From Chrysomallon squamiferum (taxonomy: Eukaryota > Animalia > Mollusca), in NCBI GenBank assembly GCA_012295275.1, contig CM022671.1:30938001-31002000 (forward strand): 64,000 nt of DNA, in the 5' to 3' direction. Shown here piece by piece: positions 60,701 to 64,000 of the stretch. Every line of letters starts with the position of its first letter. The stretch's first letter is position 1. The notes below the pieces were generated by a model. It was not told the DNA's origin. It did no database searches and worked only from the letters and a program-made list of their open reading frames with translations. Both the position numbers and the translations under genes were made by a program.

Positions 60701-61697
60701 TAATATGTATATATCTGACAGAAATAACTGTTACTGTAATGAAGTATTGAGGTGTTGGTGTTCATGCAGTTATCTTTGAACTTTCAGATATGCTCCGTTT
60801 TTTATCAACTGCAGTCTTCCTGAAAACACAAAACCGTACGCTGTGTCGGTAATAGGTCATGACCAAACCGAACTGACTCATTTACTTCTGGTCAAATACC
60901 CAGAACCGTTTCGTTTCAACATCACCTTCTGCCTTCCACCAATCCACTCGAACTACGATAATGAAAACGAGGCAATCAACACCATCGAAATGGATAAGAT
61001 TTTAGGAGTCGAACATTTTGTCGTCTACTCGTATGACGTAGGACCCAGAGTCCGAAATGTTTTCCATTATTACAAAAGTTCTGGAATTCTCGATATTAAG
61101 ACGTGGAATTTACCAAATGTTGAGATTCATTACTACGGACAAGTGGCAGCCATTAACGACTGCGTCTGCGCAAACCGAGGTAAATCGAAATACGTAATAG
61201 TGAAAGACTTTGATGAAATTATTGTTCCTTACAAACACAAAACTCTCACCAGTCTGACTGCAGCGATGATGAACGAATACCCTAACGCGGGCTGCTTCAT
61301 GTTCAGACATTCGTTCTTCCAGCTATCGTGGCCTGATGACGTAATCGGGTTCAAGTACGCTGCACAAGCCAAACGGCTGAAGATTAATCCGTTACTAAAA
61401 GTATGGCGGGAAAGTTTCATTTATCAGCCAAACGTAAGATCTAAAACAATCTATCGTCCTGAAAGAGTTGCAATCTCAGGAATTCACTGCGTACTGAAAA
61501 TGCGGAGCGGTTTCTTCGACCTTGAGATTTCGATAACGGACGGCCTCGTTCATCACTACAGAAATTATCGAGACAAAAAAACGACGACGTCTCATAAAGA
61601 AATAATTGTGCGAACCTACAGCGAGCAGCTGATAAAGAACTGTGAGAAAACACTGAAATCTGTACAGTTTATCGATAACATAACGAAAGTGATTTAA
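59237..61697 (+). CDS. GT92 glycosyltransferase, copy B (inverted near-identical paralogue; start codon uncertain)
   Basis: Exons 59237(acceptor)-59703 and 60788-61697. Only a handful of aa differences from copy A, and the intron is also highly similar. The ATG equivalent to A's (59280) is out of frame because of a 1-nt deletion, but the frame is open from the acceptor. Confidence 0.82.
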
Positions 61698-61953
61698 TTA
61701 CCTCCGTACGCTTTTCTCACTCTGTTCTTTTTCCTGACCGTAGGTTTATTTTTTCTGTGACCCTTCACATTTGAGAATAGCAACGTAACCAGGAAGTAAC
61801 CCGTAGTTTAAGACACGTAAATCTCAAGGTAAAAAGTCCAATGGCATTTTTATTTGTTACCAAATCAGAGCTCCACTGCACATATAGAGGTTACGCTAGC
61901 TTTCTTTTTATCCGTCACACGAGTTAGCTTTGGCAGTAGATTTATAAATAAAA

Positions 61954-61987
<34 letters not shown>

Positions 61988-62415
61988 TTAAAAAAAAATT
62001 AAACTAAAATTAAAATTGAAGTATTTGCTACACATTAATTTTTTTATCATCTTTTCTTCTCTTCCTTCCTTTTCTTTTCTCTTCCTTTTCTTTCTTTTTC
62101 TTATTTTATTTAAATTTTATTTAAAAAAAAATTAAAAAATTATTTAATAAAATTCACCATATTGATTTCTGTACATTTTTTTTTTTATGAATTTTTAGAC
62201 CTAGACTCAGACCCGGTTTTATCTTTCAACAGCTATCTGACTCTGTCGGCATCTTCAATAAAGACTGCAAAAATGAGAATTAATGTTCTTGTTGAGTGTG
62301 CATTTTAATTTATTTTTTTTTTTTTTTTTTTTTTATTGGTTTGTTTCTTGGTTTATTTTATAGAACTTTAGGATGCATTTATTAATTGCTTTAAAAAACA
62401 TTTTCCATGGATTAT

Positions 62416-62468
<53 letters not shown>

Positions 62469-62705
62469 TCACCCATGGAAAATGTTGCAATATATATATA
62501 TGCACGTACGTATGTATGTGTGTAATTTATTTCTTCCATGGATACTTTTGACATGGTATCAAACGATTTGTTAAAAGCACTTTAGATAATAAATATTCAA
62601 CGAAGTAATTCAGAATGTACGCACAACTGTCGCAATAAAATGTAATTGGTATTAATTCATGTAATAGAATATCAAGTACATTGTCCTGCAACGAAATGTC
62701 CTTTG

Positions 62706-62755
<50 letters not shown>

Positions 62756-62792
62756 ATACATACATACATACATACATACATACATACATACA

Positions 62793-62823
<31 letters not shown>

Positions 62824-64000
62824 TTTTATATCAATCGGCAGCAGAAAACCCCGCGAACTGTTAAACTCGGTCAAATTTGTACAGACTAGTTTTAGCAGAC
62901 GATTATAAAAGTGCGAGTTATCTCCCTCTAAGCATTTGGCGCAAACAAAATCATTACTCATTGGGCGCAGTAGTAAAACAACATATTAATAAAAATATAA
63001 ATAAAGAAAGAAAGAAAATGTCAATCTGGTCATTTGCATAGGTCTGTTTATTTTAAAAAGAAAACAATTAACATGCTAAAATTTGCAACTCAAGTTTTTA
63101 TTATCATTAAGAAACATTCTCAAACACAATTTTTCTAATTTCATTTTGATTTAGGTTTCATGCTGGATTTTTAAATTTATTTTAATTCTTTCTTCAAAAT
63201 GCTTACACAACCTTTGACAAATAAATTATATTTACTTTGCCAGGCAATGCTGCCAACAAATGCCAATTAAAGAATTAAAATTTTAATGCATCTATGGATT
63301 GTTCCAAAAATTACCATAACCTCCCAGAAGAGAAATTCATATTAAAATTTTAAAAAATATTTATTAATCAATTATATAATTTCTATCAGTTCTCTGGCAA
63401 ATCATCTTCAAATCCCTGTATTATTTTATTACATTATTATTCTTTTTTTTTTTTTATTATTTTTTTTTTAAATATCCTTTTCTGGAAATTCAAACCTTAT
63501 ACCACTAAGCAGAAAAGCCCCCAAATGAACCCTTTGGTAAAAACATTCACTGAGTGAAACTTTAATTCACTCAGATTTTCAACAAGACTCCATCCCTAAC
63601 TTTATGATAATTTATGGAACTGTTCATATGAATTAATTACATTTAACAACATATAATCATGACAATAAATGTAGTTATGTTAAAGCTAAACTTGGTATCT
63701 ACATGGCACTAAAACATACTTGCTGGTTTAGACTGAGGTTTCTTGGATATTTTAGGGGTTATTTATTTAAATTATTTGTTAATTATCTTTCAATTACTTT
63801 TTTCTGAAACAATAAATTTAAAATAATAAAATATAAAATATAAACCGGATTCAAACGGAAGATTCTTTCAGCAGATTAATGAATATAATAATTAATAATA
63901 ACATCATGCAAAAGACAATTTACAATGCGAAAATAAGAAAACAGAGAAAGAAAAAGCTATCTACGAATGGAATGTTTGTGAAATTGAAATAAATAAAATT

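Noticed and set aside
62527-64000. 144-aa ORF and possible transposon-derived sequence at the right end
   Set aside because: The ORF is mostly microsatellite; no recognisable domain, TIR pair or splice structure within the window.

Overview
AT-rich, microsatellite-laden, intron-containing animal genomic DNA. The 5S sequence, gene families and CpG mosaic look lophotrochozoan/mollusc-like, but the taxon is an inference. All gene models were built by hand from splice sites, exon phase and recalled homology. (1) A 13-exon C12orf56/DUF4551 homologue (1113-23284, +) has a 15-nt microexon and an unresolved 1-nt frameshift in exon 2. (2) From about 29.4 to 61.8 kb there is a cluster of overlapping inverted duplications: two 5S rDNA units (one near-intact, one with an internal 27-nt deletion); two complete 11-exon amidase-signature genes resembling bacterial AmdA-type amidases, arranged tail-to-tail with patchwork identity suggestive of gene conversion; an orphan inverted copy of amidase exon 2; and two head-to-head GT92 (DUF23/galt-1-like) glycosyltransferase genes. 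Also present are a TA-flanked MITE family and minisatellites, several of which multiply splice sites. Most short ORFs in the supplied track are microsatellite artefacts. No CRISPR or prokaryotic system is evident.
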